A DNA stretch of 64,000 nucleotides from Parasitella parasitica NRRL 2501 (GCA_025201805.1 MU619243.1:331436-395435), one strand, 5' to 3'. Shown: positions 13,757 through 29,496, numbered from the stretch's first letter. Notes: a model not told the origin generated them from the sequence alone. A program made the numbers and translations.

Positions 13757-14734
13757 AATATAATATTACTATCAAAGACGAGGAGTATAAACTAGCATTG
13801 TCCATGATTTACATCAGATGACAATGTTGGAGTGCGTTACAACAAGTCTGGCAGTTTTTGCAAAGCATGATTAATAGCTTATGGACGACTAGATTAAGGA
13901 AAGCTCTAAAGATTTTGCAATCTTAATTTAAAGCAACTTTTGAGTCAATTGGAAAGGATTCGGACATGATGTAGATTGTCAATTCGTTTGCGGAATGCTC
14001 TTCAGTTTAATGATGGATAAACCACCTTTTCTGCTAATTTGTGTACTACATTTACTTTAAAAAAAGTTGATATGATTAATAGTGAGCTAAATAATTTTTA
14101 CTTTCATCCTAACTTTAAGAGTGTGTGATTCATTGTGGATGCCGTTTATTTTTTCAAAACTGACAAAATTTGAATATGCAGCCATCTTGACGGATACAAA
14201 TAGAATTTTTGGATGTGCACAAAAGTGGATATTTCTGCTGATAAATCAGATCTTGTGCAATACAAAAAAGAACGTATCCATATATCAACATTGAGAATAT
14301 ATCGACAAGCGGAACATCAGTAGGAGGCTAAAACTTCAACCCTTTGTAGCACGAGGATTGTCCTGAAAATGTGGGGTCAAGGGCATTATTACCATAAACT
14401 ATCAATGGTTCTCGTAGATGATTTAAAATGAGAAATATAGGGATTGAAGCGATAGAGTAGAAGGGGATAGAGTGAGTTAAGCCTACCGTCGATGTGGTAA
14501 TATCGTAAATCTTGAAATTTGGCCGCATGGGAAATGTAGGCCTTTTTCATTTTTTTAGTCGAAAAGAGCTCTACACACAGTTCAAACCGTGGGAAACTAA
14601 TTATAAGTTGTGGATTATGGCTTAATCCAAATTACACACACGCACGCATACATGGAATTGTAAATGTATAAATAACGTTGATTTTTTCAAGAAATTCTTT
14701 CTTCTTTTCTTTTGTCTGTTATCTAAATTCAATC

Positions 14735-16447
<1,713 letters not shown>

Positions 16448-16557
16448 ATTAATACCTCCAATTGTAGAATTAAAAAAAAAATAAAAATAAAAATAAAGAC
16501 TTTATTCGTCATGCTTAAATTCCACCGAAAAAGATCTCTCAGTATAATAGCTGCATT

Positions 16558-17670
16558 TTACACAATTTGAAGCGGGTCTTTGTCCACCTTGGACACAAGA
16601 ACCTCAATAGGTTCACCATCCTCTGATTTCTCATTGGCCAATTCCTTTTCCAAAGCAGGCTTCAACACTGCAGAAAGATATCCGCGCTCAGTATTCGAGT
16701 GTTCACCTAGGTGCGCACACTTTAGTTGTGGAGTTATTTGATGATTTCACACGTTGCAGACTCACATAGAATGACGCTTGTATTTTTAGCTAAAGCTGCT
16801 AAAACATCATGGTGACCCATTTCCCCAGTGAAATACAAGTCTGCGCGGACAGGCCCAAGCACAGAAGATCCAGATCCAGCGCAGATGGCTACTGTTTCAA
16901 TCATTTTGTTTTCTGCCGTCGCAAGACGCACTAGAAGATCCAGTAGGTCAGTTGAAGCGTATGCTTCCATTTTGTTTGATTTTTTTTTTTTTTTTTTTTN
17001 NNNNNNNNNNNNNNNNNNNNNNNNNNNNNNNNNNNNNNNNNNNNNNNNNNNNNNNNNNNNNNNNNNNNNNNNNNNNNNNNNNNNNNNNNNNNNNNNNNNN
17101 NNNNNNNNNNNNNNNNNNNNNNNNNNNNNNNNNNNNNNNNNNNNNNNNNNNNNNNNNNNNNNNNNNNNNNNNNNNNNNNNNNNNNNNNNNNNNNNNNNNN
17201 NNNNNNNNNNNNNNNNNNNNNNNNAAAAAAAAAAAAGTTACTTTGTGCGAGTGCCAGAAATCAGCATATTTTACCTCCGTTTGTACAATTATCACAAGCT
17301 GTGTGAGGCGAGTAGATGCCAATCCCACGTGCAACTGCCTTCAGCACTATATCCTGTTTGACATCTGCAGAAGTCAAGCGTTTCATGGAGCTGAAAATAG
17401 GAGGATGGTATGACACGATCGTGCCGATCTTTGCATCAGCAAGGGCTTCGTCAAGCACTTGCGGCGTGAGGTCAATGGTCAGCAGCACCTTGTTCTGCTT
17501 GGGTGAAGGGAAGGGTGGCTCTGCCAAGTTGATTAGAAGCTGATTGTGTGCACAAAGGCCACCATGAGATGATTACCAACTAGTACCCCAACATTATCCC
17601 ACGAACTCTCGGCAAGTTCCAAAGGAGCAATGGTCTTCATGCAGCGAGTGACCTTGGATAAAAGCGACAT
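16558..17670 (-). CDS. NIF3: NIF3 / GTP cyclohydrolase 1 type 2 family protein; an internal N-gap probably hides an exon
   Basis: Motifs APLELAESSWDNVGVLV, LLTIDLT, SYHPPIF, IYSPHTACD, VAICAGSGSS, YFTGEMGHH, EHSNTERGYL and DKDPLQIV*. Confidence 0.92.
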
Positions 17671-17846
17671 TTTGACAAGAGAAAAAGAAGTTTGCTTCAG
17701 GATTCAGAACAAAAACGCGCTTCTTTTTTTTTTATTTGCATGCAAAAAAAAAAAAAAAAATGTTCTCGAGACCGCTGAACTTTAATCATTCAGCATGCTA
17801 TATAAAGAACGATGCAACCGAGCATACTTCAACCCAACAGATCACC

Positions 17847-19005
17847 ATGAAGAACTGTATTCTTATTACCAACGTCGATTCGTTGCTAGGTTACGCTTTA
17901 TCTTACCGCTTTCTCGAAGAATGGAACCGAGAGCAAGACGATCATTATGCCGACCTGAGAGAAAAGACGGAATTCCGTCTGCTTTGTCGTGAGCGTCAAG
18001 GATTGGGCGAACTAGAACTACTAGGTGCCAAAATCTTCGAAGTGGATGACTACGAAAATCAGCGCAAGATCAAAGAGCATATGGACGGTGTCGGTTATGT
18101 CATGTTCCTGCCTGAAAATTCAAACAAAAGAGACAAGGAGGGTGAAACAGTTATCAAATGTGCAAAAGAGCAAGGGGTTGATTATGTAACCATGATGTCC
18201 TTGTAAGTTATCTGTTATGAATCATACCGCATAAGTTGGACTAAATGACATGAACATACGCTAAAGCATGGGCGCAGACTATGCCAAAGAAGAAAACAAG
18301 CATTTGGCCGATTACTACCGCTTGGAGAAGTTCCTTTCCAAGCATTTTGACCGCAACAGCCATACTGTCATGCGCTCTGCTATGTGGCATCAGTTTTATT
18401 ATTACTATGGGCCTATGATCGAAGATGAGAACAAGATCAAGCTTCCAGTTCATGAAAAGGCCGAGTTCGGATCTATCGATCTAGCTGACCTCGTAGATGC
18501 TGTATACAATCTGTCATCGTTTCCCACAGACGAAGCTGTCTACAGCAGTTTGGCACACTTGTACATTACTAACCTGAGAAAAAAGAACAAGACTTTGTTT
18601 GAGTTTACTCCTAGTAGCAATATTACGCCGGAGCAATTGATTAAGGCTGCTTCGGAAGGCTTGGAGCGCAAGGACATGACGTATGAAAAAATCAGCCCAA
18701 AGACTTTGTATGATTATCTGCGCCGTATCCACAATGACAATCGATTTAGGCAAAGACCCATCCAAAGCGCAACTGACATTGTTGTGCACAAGCCCCAGCT
18801 GAAGGAAGACAGGCCCTACACGTTTCCGCTGGGCAGATACTTGAATGACATTGCCATTGAAGGCATTCTCGAATATTGGAAATTGGCTGACTCTAACAAG
18901 CAAGCACATGTTTCGGGAGATCTCGAAAAGGCTATCGACCGACGTCCCACAACTGTATATAAATTCTTCAAACACAACAGAGATCAATTTAGTCGTCTTC
19001 GGTAA
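17847..19005 (+). CDS. NmrA-like atypical SDR / NAD(P)-binding-fold protein; one intron
   Basis: N-terminal beta-alpha unit ILITNVDSLLGY, then AKEQGVDYV, SIDLADLVDA and C-terminal SGDLEKAIDRRPTTVYKFF, which are typical of NmrA-like proteins. Confidence 0.65.
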
Positions 19006-19542
19006 ACGATTTTAGCTTGCAAAAAAATTAAAGCTTAAATAAAGTTTTGCTTTTTTTATCGAAAATCATCTCTCCGCATTTTGTGTCGATTTGGCTAGAG
19101 CAAGAAACGTTCTAGATTCGTCCTGTCTGCTTTTCTTTGTTCTGGTGTATGCCATCGCCCGTAAATCGATGATTCATGCAGCATTCCAGTAGATGGTGGA
19201 TCTTGGCATCATCCTTCATATGCGTGCGTTTTATTTGTTTATCTCCAGTCAAAGCATGCAAATCAAGATCCAAAGGCCTGCAGTGCGATTTCTGCAAAAA
19301 AAAACAAGAGTCTTTCATAAAACCTAAAATCAATTAAGGTGTGCTAGTCTGCATTGGGTAAATTCTTGATCTGTTTTAAACACTCTTACAAATCCCTGTC
19401 TAAGGATGCGATTTACTATAAAAGGCGAAAATGACGATGCTTCACACTAATACGATTTAGCACCAAAACAGAAAAGGTAGAAATACATGATGGATTGGTA
19501 TGATAATTCCGGCTCTTTTTTCTTCTCACCATTGAAAAAACC

Positions 19543-19689
19543 ATGAGCGTTACATTCGAATCACCCACACGATACTTGAGCGATACAGAAAACGGCAACA
19601 ATAATAACAATATAATGTACTCTCTCAGCAGCAACGAGAAGGAAGGCTCGCCATGTACATCTCCTCTTAATCCAATACAACAGCAACAA

Positions 19690-19730
<41 letters not shown>

Positions 19731-19747
19731 ACAGCAACAGCAACAGC

Positions 19748-19802
<55 letters not shown>

Positions 19803-22282
19803 GCTGCAGCAGCAACTGTCAAACAGTCATTTGAACCAAGAATTCTTTAATTTTCTGCAGAACCGTCAAACCAGCTTTCATATCTCTACAGGCCTCCTAC
19901 CTCAAACATATCGACATCAACACATTGAAGACTTGGCGCCCATCGGAAGCGAGGAAATGAACGGATTGATGACGAAATACGACTGCCACCAACTACTGAT
20001 CATTGATGTCAGATCGTATGCCTTTTACTCCAAGAGTAGGATCAAATCAGCCATCCCCGTCTCAATCCCTTCTGTGTTATTAAAGAGGCCAGCCTACACA
20101 TTGGACAAAGTCTGTGAGTTTATCGTATCCCAAGAAGCAGCCGCCCGACTCAAAAACTGGCACCATGCGTCTCATATTGTTTTCTACGACCATGCGTCTC
20201 CTACTGTTTTCAACGACCATGCGTCATACAAGCCGAGCGACTCTGGCAACTCCACCACTGCCATCCTCCTGGGCTCGAAACTGCGCAAATCGGGATACAG
20301 TGGACAACTGAACTATCTCCAAGGTAGTATTTCTTGTGGAAATCTCACATGCGCAAAATCTGCTAACTTGATTATACGATAGGCGGATTTGATGCCTTTA
20401 GTAGTGCGTTTCCGGACCAATGCGAGTTGGCTCAGGTGGAATCAGTCAATCAAGCGGAACGACATCAAACAGCACCAATCAGCCTCCTGCCCACTTCAAC
20501 CCAGACTCCTGCTATAAATCCTTTCTTTAGCAACATTCGCCAAAACCTCGAGCTCTCGCATGGGCCACTTCAAGAAAGATTCGCCGTTCGGTTGCCGTAT
20601 GGCTCGAAAAATGACAATGGTGTCATCTCGACCTTTTCTCAGCACACAGCTGCTAGCAACCACCACCCAAGATTTGGATTAGCCGGTAGCTCGGTGGACG
20701 AGCAGGGCAATTTTGTACTGCCCCTTTGGATGAAAGAAATCATGAAGAGCGATACCGGTCCAAAAAAACTGGCCGAAAACTACGAAGTAAGGTTGACGCT
20801 ATCGTACATCCCCCCCCCTTTTTTTATTCTAATGACATCATATTAGCAATTGGAACGTCTTGAGCAAGATCGGCTGTCGACCGTCATGAAATACCATTCG
20901 GACACAACCAAGGAGCAGGATCAGTCAAAGCCAGCGTTCCCGTTCAGCATTGCATCCAGCATGGAGAAAGGTACATTGAACCGGTACGACAACATTTGGC
21001 CATACGGTACGTCTTTCTCTTTCTTTTTTTTTTTTTTTTTTCAACAACTGACATTGCATTGTCCGTGTACGCAGAATACTCGCGCGTTAAGCTCAAAGAC
21101 AGCAGCGACGACTACATCAATGCCAACTACGTTCAGTTTGCAGAGGTCAGAAAGAACATCACGACAAACCCCGTCTTCAAAACGCATCAGCAAGCCAAGC
21201 TAGAGTCAGAGGGCCTATTGAGCGAAGCGTCTGTTTGCGCGATGAATCGGTCGGATGCAGACGTTGCCCGCAATCGCCAGTACATCTCAACCCAAGGCCC
21301 GTTGCCCACTACTTTCAATGACTTTTGGCAGATGGTGTGGGACGAAAAATCGCCGGTTATTGTCATGCTGACTCAGGGAACCGAAATGAACAAGGTGATT
21401 GATTTTACCATTTGACAAAAAAATAACTATTCCTTAACGAGCCCCGTACCGTAGATAAAATGCCACACATACTGGCCAGCTGTCCTAAATGCTACGCAAA
21501 CATACGGAGCAGTTGCTGTTACGCTGGACACTGAATCCAAACAGGCTGTCCACAACATGAACGACAAGCGTGAGCGCGTCAACGATGACGTGGATGAAGA
21601 TGAGTGCATTATCACAAGAAGATTCACGCTCACTTACAATGGTATTAAACGCAGTTTGACTCAGCTGCAGTACACTGGATGGACTGATTTTGGCGTGCCT
21701 GACCACCCCATTGGCATTCTAACTCTGGTGCATTGTGCTGACCTGGCTCAATCCCAGGCGAATACGGGCCCTATTGTGGTTCACTGCTCTGCTGGCTGCG
21801 GCAGAACAGGCGCCTTTTGCGTCATTGACACCATGATCCAGCGTTTATGGCAGAAACGCGACGTATACACTTGCACTACAAATGACAAGATCTGGGAGAC
21901 GGTCTGTCATTTCAGAGAGCAGCGGATGAGCATGGTGCAGACGCATCGTCAATACGTCTTTTGTTATGAGGCCATTTTGTGGTGGCTGCTTGGCTACGGC
22001 GATTTACCTGTGCAGCAGCAATCTGAGGCAGACTCCAAAGCAGACTCTCCGTCTTGTGGACCTACCGCGGATATGATGCGCCACATGATTGCTATGCCCA
22101 AGTCTCGTTCGTCGCTCTCTCCTCCTCCTCCTCCTCCTCCTCCTGCGCTTTCTTCCCCCACTGCCACTTTCTTACCGCCTACGTCTTTATTTTCTGCTCC
22201 TGTAGATACATTTCGTCACGAGGTTGATGAAGAAGAAAAATCTTCTGTAGGCAGTATTGTAGACGAGTTCAAAGAATTGTAA
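19543..22282 (+). CDS. Rhodanese-domain plus classical protein tyrosine phosphatase (Ptp2/Ptp3/Pyp1-like MAPK phosphatase)
   Basis: Rhodanese-like [21 protein letters not shown], then PTP motifs [40 protein letters not shown] and MVQT. Confidence 0.92.
19678..19803 (+). repeat. CAA/CAG microsatellite encoding 42 Gln
   Basis: Direct read of the sequence. Confidence 0.95.
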
Positions 22283-23303
22283 ATATACGTACTAACCGTC
22301 TTTAGAGCTTGTTGAAAAAAAAAACCCCCTCCCTTCCCCTTCTCTTTATATTACAGCAATGCATAAAGGACTAATCCTCTCAATCTTTTTTTGATCTCGA
22401 ACCATTATACAATAAATAAAAATAAACTTTATACACATGGATCATCTAAAATTTTGTATACAGAACCCCCTTTTAAGCCTAAACGGAGAATGGCTTGGTC
22501 TTGACTAATGAATATTTTGCGGACAGTAGCGAAAACGATTGACATGTTGATGCACACTGCTCAGGGAAGATGAATAGATTTACCAGCCTGAACTATCGCA
22601 CACCCTGCAATTGTGGAAAGACATTCAAAATTTGACAGAACAGAGTGCTGCGATTACGTAGTTGAGATTAACCCTTTTTGCGCATTGTTCTTGACGCAGA
22701 CTGCTGTACAAAGCAGGGAGAGGCGAATTAATCGCATTGGCAACATGGAAGGAAATGTTCTATTTCGGTTAGCGTTTTCTCGGGTGAACTGGGGTAAACT
22801 AGGCTAAAACATCTTGTTCTGATTGGAGTGCTCTTGGACTGATTCTGTAAGTTTTTTTGAGTCATACAAACCAAGGCGATCGGGTTGTTTATATCTACTA
22901 TATATCCCAAATTGTCAACTATTAACAATCAATTCTGAAGCAATGGCTTGAAGAAATCAATTGTAATCTAATGCAAAGATCAATATAGATAACCGCCCCT
23001 TGTTTCTAAAAACAAAATCAAGTTTCCAGGGCAACAACAACAACAATAACAAANNNNNNNNNNNNNNNNNNNNNNNNNNNNNNNNNNNNNNNNNNNNNNN
23101 NNNNNNNNNNNNNNNNNNNNNNNNNNNNAAAGGGACAAGTTTCAGACATTTACGACAAAACTCGGACAAATTCATATCCTTGCTTTTAAAGCAGCCTGTG
23201 CTACTGAAAAAACCGACCACCCCCGCAAACGTTTTTTCATCTCTTTCTTTTCTATATAGCTCACAATCGTTTTTTTTTTCTTTTTCGTAAATAAACCGCC
23301 ATA

Positions 23304-24961
23304 ATGGCCTTTCATTTCAACTGGCCAGAATTCGATCGCGAATTCTATGTCGAAGCAAAATCACAATTGGAGACAGCAATGAATAAGGGCAACAAGCCCT
23401 CCGTCATTGTTGACTATATCACTGTCAAGGAATTGCATATGGGAACACAGGTAACAACAGTAGCAGCAGCAGCAGCAGCATCAAAACATTTGAATAAATA
23501 TCCATATTCATCGTTGTAAAATAGCCTCCAGAGCTAGAAATACTCGAAATTGGAGAACTTGGAAACGACAAATTCCGGGGTATTTTCAAGCTAAATTACG
23601 CTGGCGATGCGTACATAGAAGTACAAACCAAAGTCCAAGTAAGTCTTGTAGTCATTCTTATTACTCGTTGATAAATTTTGCTTACAAGCTTGTAGGCAAA
23701 TCCGATGCATGCCAAAGTCTCGGAATTGCCTCGCCATTCTCGTCCCAGCATCCTGGCTGCTGACCAGCCGTTGGTAGTGCCTATGATCCTTCGCATCAGC
23801 GATCTCAAGTTGCGAGGCATTGTAGTGCTCGTTGTGTCGAAAACAAAAGGAGTAACGCTTGTGTTCAAAAACGACCCGTTGGAAAGTATCCGTGTCAGTT
23901 CTACGTTTGATAGCGTATCGATCCTCCGAGAATTCTTGCAGCGTCAAATCGAAGCACAGTTACGAAACCTATTCCAGGAAGATTTACCCGCCATGATTCA
24001 CAACCTAAGCTTAAGATACCTTCAATCGGAAGAAGAGAAGAAAAAGCAAAAAGAGCAGCAAGAGCGACGACAAAAGCTGTTGCAGCAGCAGCAGCAGCAG
24101 CCACAGGACCAAGAGACACTATCCATTTCTTCTGAACCTCCTCTTCCCCTACGCCGAGGATTTTCTAGTTGGTCCTTGGCCAGTGTACCGCTCACAGCTC
24201 CACTGCTTCGTGCTAGATCAAGTACTTGTTACAGCGACGACCTTACACTGCCTGAACTCGATACAAATTACCCTCTCTCACCTCCATCTCAGTCCAGTAG
24301 CAGCCTCTGTACACCTCTTTCCAGCACATTTGATTTGAATGACGAATACGGTTCCTTCAATGACTATCTGGTGGCAGCTACTCCTACGACCACAGCAACA
24401 GCCTTTAGCTCTGGTTACAACAAGAACATTGCCAATTTTGGTTCATCAAGTGGCTGCAGGACAGCACCCATGACGGCAGCAAACCTTTTTACACACAATC
24501 GTCAATACAACAATGGTAACACCAACCAACTGGGCATCAGCCCATTAATCCATAAAGACTACCACCCCATGGCAGCAATGATGTATGCAGCGCAACAACA
24601 AGACACCCTATCAGAGACTAATCTATCCACACCTTCCATGGCCGACATTTACAGTGAGGCGGATGCACCGTGGTACGCTGTAGAGGGCCCCGAATTAGGC
24701 CCGTCGCACATTGCTCCATCAGAAACGATCTTTACGGACGGCAAGACCATCATTTTAAAGCCTTCCGAGAACAACATGGCATCGAAGCTATCCATGCTGA
24801 CCAGTGTCAACTATACCTTATCGCCTCTGACTGAATCGATATCAAACTTTACCTTTCGTAGCCTACCGCATGTCAGAAAATCCAATAGCACTTTGTTGCG
24901 AAGCAAAAAGGTCCCAAAAAGACGTGTTACGAGATTGAATATGTCTGCCCCTCGTCTTTAG
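23304..24961 (+). CDS. MDM34: ERMES subunit Mdm34 (SMP domain); multi-exon
   Basis: Motifs MAFHFNW, LNKGNKP-like, [34 protein letters not shown] and [11 protein letters not shown]. Confidence 0.93.
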
Positions 24962-25424
24962 AACGGGTATTTGCATCGCATCGCAGCATTTTATTTATTA
25001 GATTTATAAGTGTATAGAAGTTAAATATCCCCACCTCGCTNNNNNNNNNNNNNNNNNNNNNNNNNNNNNNNNNNNNNNNNNNNNNNNNNNNNNNNNNNNN
25101 NNNNNNNNNNNNNNNNNNNNNNNNNNNNNNNNNNNNNNNNNNNNNNNNNNNNNNNNNNNNNNNNNNNNNNNNNNNNNNNNNNNNNNNNNNNNNNNNNNNN
25201 NNNNNNNNNNNNNNNNNNNNNNNNNNNNNNNNNNNNNNNNNNNNNNNNNNNNNNNNNNNNNNNNNNNNNNNNNNNNNNNNNNNNNNNNNAAAAAAAAAAA
25301 AAAAAAAAGAAAAAATTAAACATTCGTCTTTAATTGCTGTACACTACTGGAAAACGAATGGTGAATTTCAACAATGACAAAAGAGCGCCATTTTCTAATG
25401 TCATGTAGAAGGGATATACAGGGT

Positions 25425-28400
25425 TTATTCAGACTGGATAAATTTCAAACCACCCAAGACTTGATCGATCCTATTTTTTTTTTTTTTTAAAAAGAAAAAG
25501 AAATGAGATTGATTTTGCACTTTTTTTGTTTTCTGTTATACGAGTAGTACCTTGACATTTTAGCTTTTGCTTGTTCTGATTCAGTTTTAACCAGAGCTAT
25601 TAATGCATCCCAGTCTTCTTTGAGATGAGCGTACTTGGCTTCCCAGTCTTGTCTTGACTTTGTTTCTGATTCTAGTAACGAGTTAAGCTCTTGCAGCTCG
25701 GCTTCGCGAGCAGTGTTCAAGCGCTGTGCTTCCTTTTCATTTTCTTGGCTCTGATGCAATGCTTCTTTCAGCTGCTCACACTCTGCATCTTGCGCAGCGA
25801 TGTGCTGCTCGTAGTCTCTATTGCCCGTCTCTAGCTCTGTTATCTGTTGACTTTGAGAAGCAACAGTTTCCTCCAAAGTAGTCAAATTGGAGATGCTCTT
25901 CTCGACTTGTGTTTGTAAGGCCGTGATTGTTTGCTCAATCAATCCTTTTTCTTTACTGACAATGGCCAACTGATCAGTTGATTCTTGCACTTGAACTTTC
26001 AGAGATTTCAACTCATCGGTAAGGTGGTCCTCAACTAGTTTGGATGCGTCTACTTGAGCGTTGAGCTGCTCTATTTGTTCTACTTGAGATTCTATAGCCC
26101 TTTGTTGGTCGTCTATAATTTCTGCTCTCTCTTGAAGTTCTTGCTCTAATTCCTCCACACGATCTTCGGATATCGCAAACTTTCCAAGCAGGTCGTCCTT
26201 ACTTTCTTCTAACTCTCGGATTATATCTTGCTCTGCCACGATCAATTCCTTGAAATCAGAATGCTCACTTTCCAAGTCTTGATTTCGACTCATGAGTTCT
26301 GCAATGAGATCTTGTTGCTCCTTGATTTCGCCTTCAAGTAAAGTGATTTTCTGCTCTTTTTCACGCATCTGAGTGTCTACGCGGTAAGCAGCATTCAGAG
26401 GCTTGAGCTTAGCATATATTTTCCACCAGGACCACTCTCGTAAGGTAATGTAGATGCGGGCATTACGTTGCAATAAGCGAATAGCATCAGCCTGACGAGA
26501 GAATCTTGTTTGATACCGACGAGCCAATCTGCCACGACACATGGCTTGGAACTGAGTGATGCAGACGCCTAGTTTACTGTCACGAAGCTCTTCCAAGGAC
26601 GCAAGCTTGAAGAGGGATCTGTCAGAACAATATCTAGATATACGTATACTGCACATAACATACCACTGTTGCCTTGAAAAAGATTTTTGTAGTACCAATT
26701 TGATAGTTTTCGCTTGTCAAATTCATTTGCTTTACCAGCATCTGGCAGGCTGTTCTGCCGTCAATAAACGCATTGCGATCCATTAAGTGAGGACAGAACA
26801 CTTGATAACGCTTCCTAAAATCGTCAAATGACAGACGGTTGGGAAAGCCTTTTCTGCAGATACGAATACCTTCCAAGACACCGTTGCATCTCAGTTGATC
26901 TAGCACAAGCTTTGTTTGAATCTCGCCAGGGTATTTGCGGGCATTGGGCAAGATACAACGTACAAAATGAGGGTGTGTCATGTACAATGTGTTCATCAAT
27001 GATAGCAGCTGTTGCTTATGGCGTTGGCCAACAGTTCGGAAAGAGCCGCCGCCTTTTCTTAGCTTGAACATTGATGCAAACGAAGTTGACGACATGGATG
27101 CACTTGCATTCCGCTTGTTAGTGGGTGCTTCGTCTTGGTCGGACAGGTAGTCTTCAAAGAGATTGGCAACATGTTTTTGTGTTGATCTGGCTAATAAGCG
27201 GGTAGTGTCTTCATTAAGCGGGTCCTTGTTCTTTTCAATCCAGCCGTCCACTGAATATTCAACATCTCCAGCATAGTGCTTGAGAATAAAGCCATCCTGG
27301 AATCGAGTGCTCTTGTATTTGGCGTCTGGGTTGTCATTGTCGCAGAATTTGTTGAGTTTTTCCAAAAATCGTCGATCGTTTCCTTTGGGAGCAACACATT
27401 CCTCTTCCAAACAAGACAAGATACCGACTGGCTACTCGACAAAAAAAATATCACTAGCGATCAATACTGTATACCCTTCAAAATATCAGGGGAAAAAATA
27501 AAAAAAATAAAAAACCTACATTTGTCTTTTCAATCAAATCTATAATTGGCTGGAGATCTTTTCCAAAATCAATGTAATTCCACTCAATCTTTTCCTTTTG
27601 ATATTCTTCTTGCTCCAATTCAAACATGTTTTGATTGAAAAACTGCTGCAGTTTCTCGTTTGTATAGTTGATGCAAAGCTGTTCAAAACTATTCGACTCA
27701 AAAATCTCGAAACCTGCGATATCCAACACGCCGATGAAACCTAGAATGTCCTTTGATTTGCTTCCATCAATAGCCTTGTTGATTCTTTCCACTAGGTAGG
27801 CAAAGTTTCTTTCGTATAGCGTTTTAGCCAGTGCGTCGATACTTGCAACGACCTGAGCTGAAGACTTGGCTTGGGTCACCCAATCTCTACCAGCTTTGAT
27901 GCGGGGAGACAGCAGGCTCTTTTTGAATTCTTCGGCAGAAATACCCAATATATGACATGCTCTCTCTACAGCAGCAAAATCCTTGATATCAGCTCTTTCA
28001 CGATAATCGGTTACGGAAATATTGCCCAAGTGGAGAATGGATGCTACTATTCTGAAAAGGTCTACTTTTTCTTTCTCGCTTAGTCCCATGATATCCAGAG
28101 ATTTCTACATCTGATTTTCAGTGCTCTGTCTTTGCTACACCCTTGACAATCACTTACAGATAGGTTTTTGTACTCTTCAGCATCGTCTACACCTTCGATT
28201 CGCTTGTTTGAGTTTTTGATAAACATATAGCTATTAGGGTCCCCATCTAATAAAAGCTGCTCTATAGACAACTATCCGTGAGTAGTCGTTCTAAGCATTA
28301 GCATTAGTAACACATACTCTTCAGCTCGTCATCGGCTTCTAATAGCTGGTAAAATATATGGTAGTTTCTCTCTTTCGGGGTTTGCTGGTGGACTCTTGAT

Positions 28401-29496
28401 CTCTCAAGCAAATACCATTCGATATTTGCACCACAAATTTCAGCTCTATTATTGAATTCGATGCGAATGAATTTGCCCTGCCATAAAAAAAAAAAAAATA
28501 TAAATTTATATATGAATGTAAACACATGCGCCGGAAATTTTTTTTTTAATACAAACTTACAAATCTAGAAGAATTGTTGTTGCGTATTGTTTGCGCATTA
28601 CCGAACGATTCAAGTACTGGATTCGCTTGTAAAATCTGCTGCTGCAGTCGATTCACTTGTTGGCCTGTAGCCAGTGGTTTTTTGCTGGTGTTGGCGGCTA
28701 CAGCTGTGAGGTATTGAATGACGATTTTGGTATTTTCAGTTTTGCCTGCGCCGGATTCACCAGTGATGAGGATGGATTGGTTTTCTTTGTCCTGCACCAT
28801 ATCGTGGTATGCCTGATCTGCCACGGCATATATATGGGGTGGCATCTCGCCACGTCTTTTACCTTTGTACGATTGGATGTAGCTTTCAGTGTAAATAGGG
28901 ATATTTTTGTAGGGATTTACTGCCACTAAAAAGAGGCCAGAGTATGTCTACGTAATGAACTGTCATCAGCCCTGGATCACTCTCCATATATATATATATA
29001 TAAAGTCGCACACGATCGACTTACGTATACGTGGTTTGCCTTGTATCGGACAGTGAGGTTGTGAATGACGGAAGGCTCATTCAGATGTGTCAATTCAGCC
29101 ATATCATCGACCATGTCAAATTTGGGTGGATTCATGGGCTGTAGTCTGGATTGAGGAATGGTGGCAGTCTACACATGATGCTATTAATTTACGCAACCTT
29201 TATTCTTTGTCTGTTTTGCATTTTTTGCATTTTTTTTTTTTTTTTTTTACCCCTCCTTGCTCGTATTCCACTTCGACTAGTGAGTCTTGCTCTTCCTTGA
29301 GGATGTGTCCTCGCACGTAGCCCTCCTGGTCATCTTGTATCCAGACCCATCTCTTTTCATTGAACTTGGCTTGTGCCACAGCGTCCAGCACATCGTCTAT
29401 TTTGGGCTTTATGAACGTCGTTGAGCCGTAACTGTGTATGAATGATCCGCCAAAATCTTTGCTATTCTGCAATGGCGATGCTGACAGTGAAAACAT
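25425..29496 (-). CDS. Class II myosin heavy chain with an unusually short coiled-coil tail; multi-exon
   Basis: N-terminal SH3-like domain, [41 protein letters not shown] and IQ region/WSWWKIY. The predicted last exon reads [15 protein letters not shown]. Confidence 0.9.

Noticed and set aside
16828-25323. ORFs spanning N-gaps or poly-A/T tracts, and antisense ORFs overlapping real genes
   Set aside because: They are artefacts of gaps, homopolymers or shadow frames.
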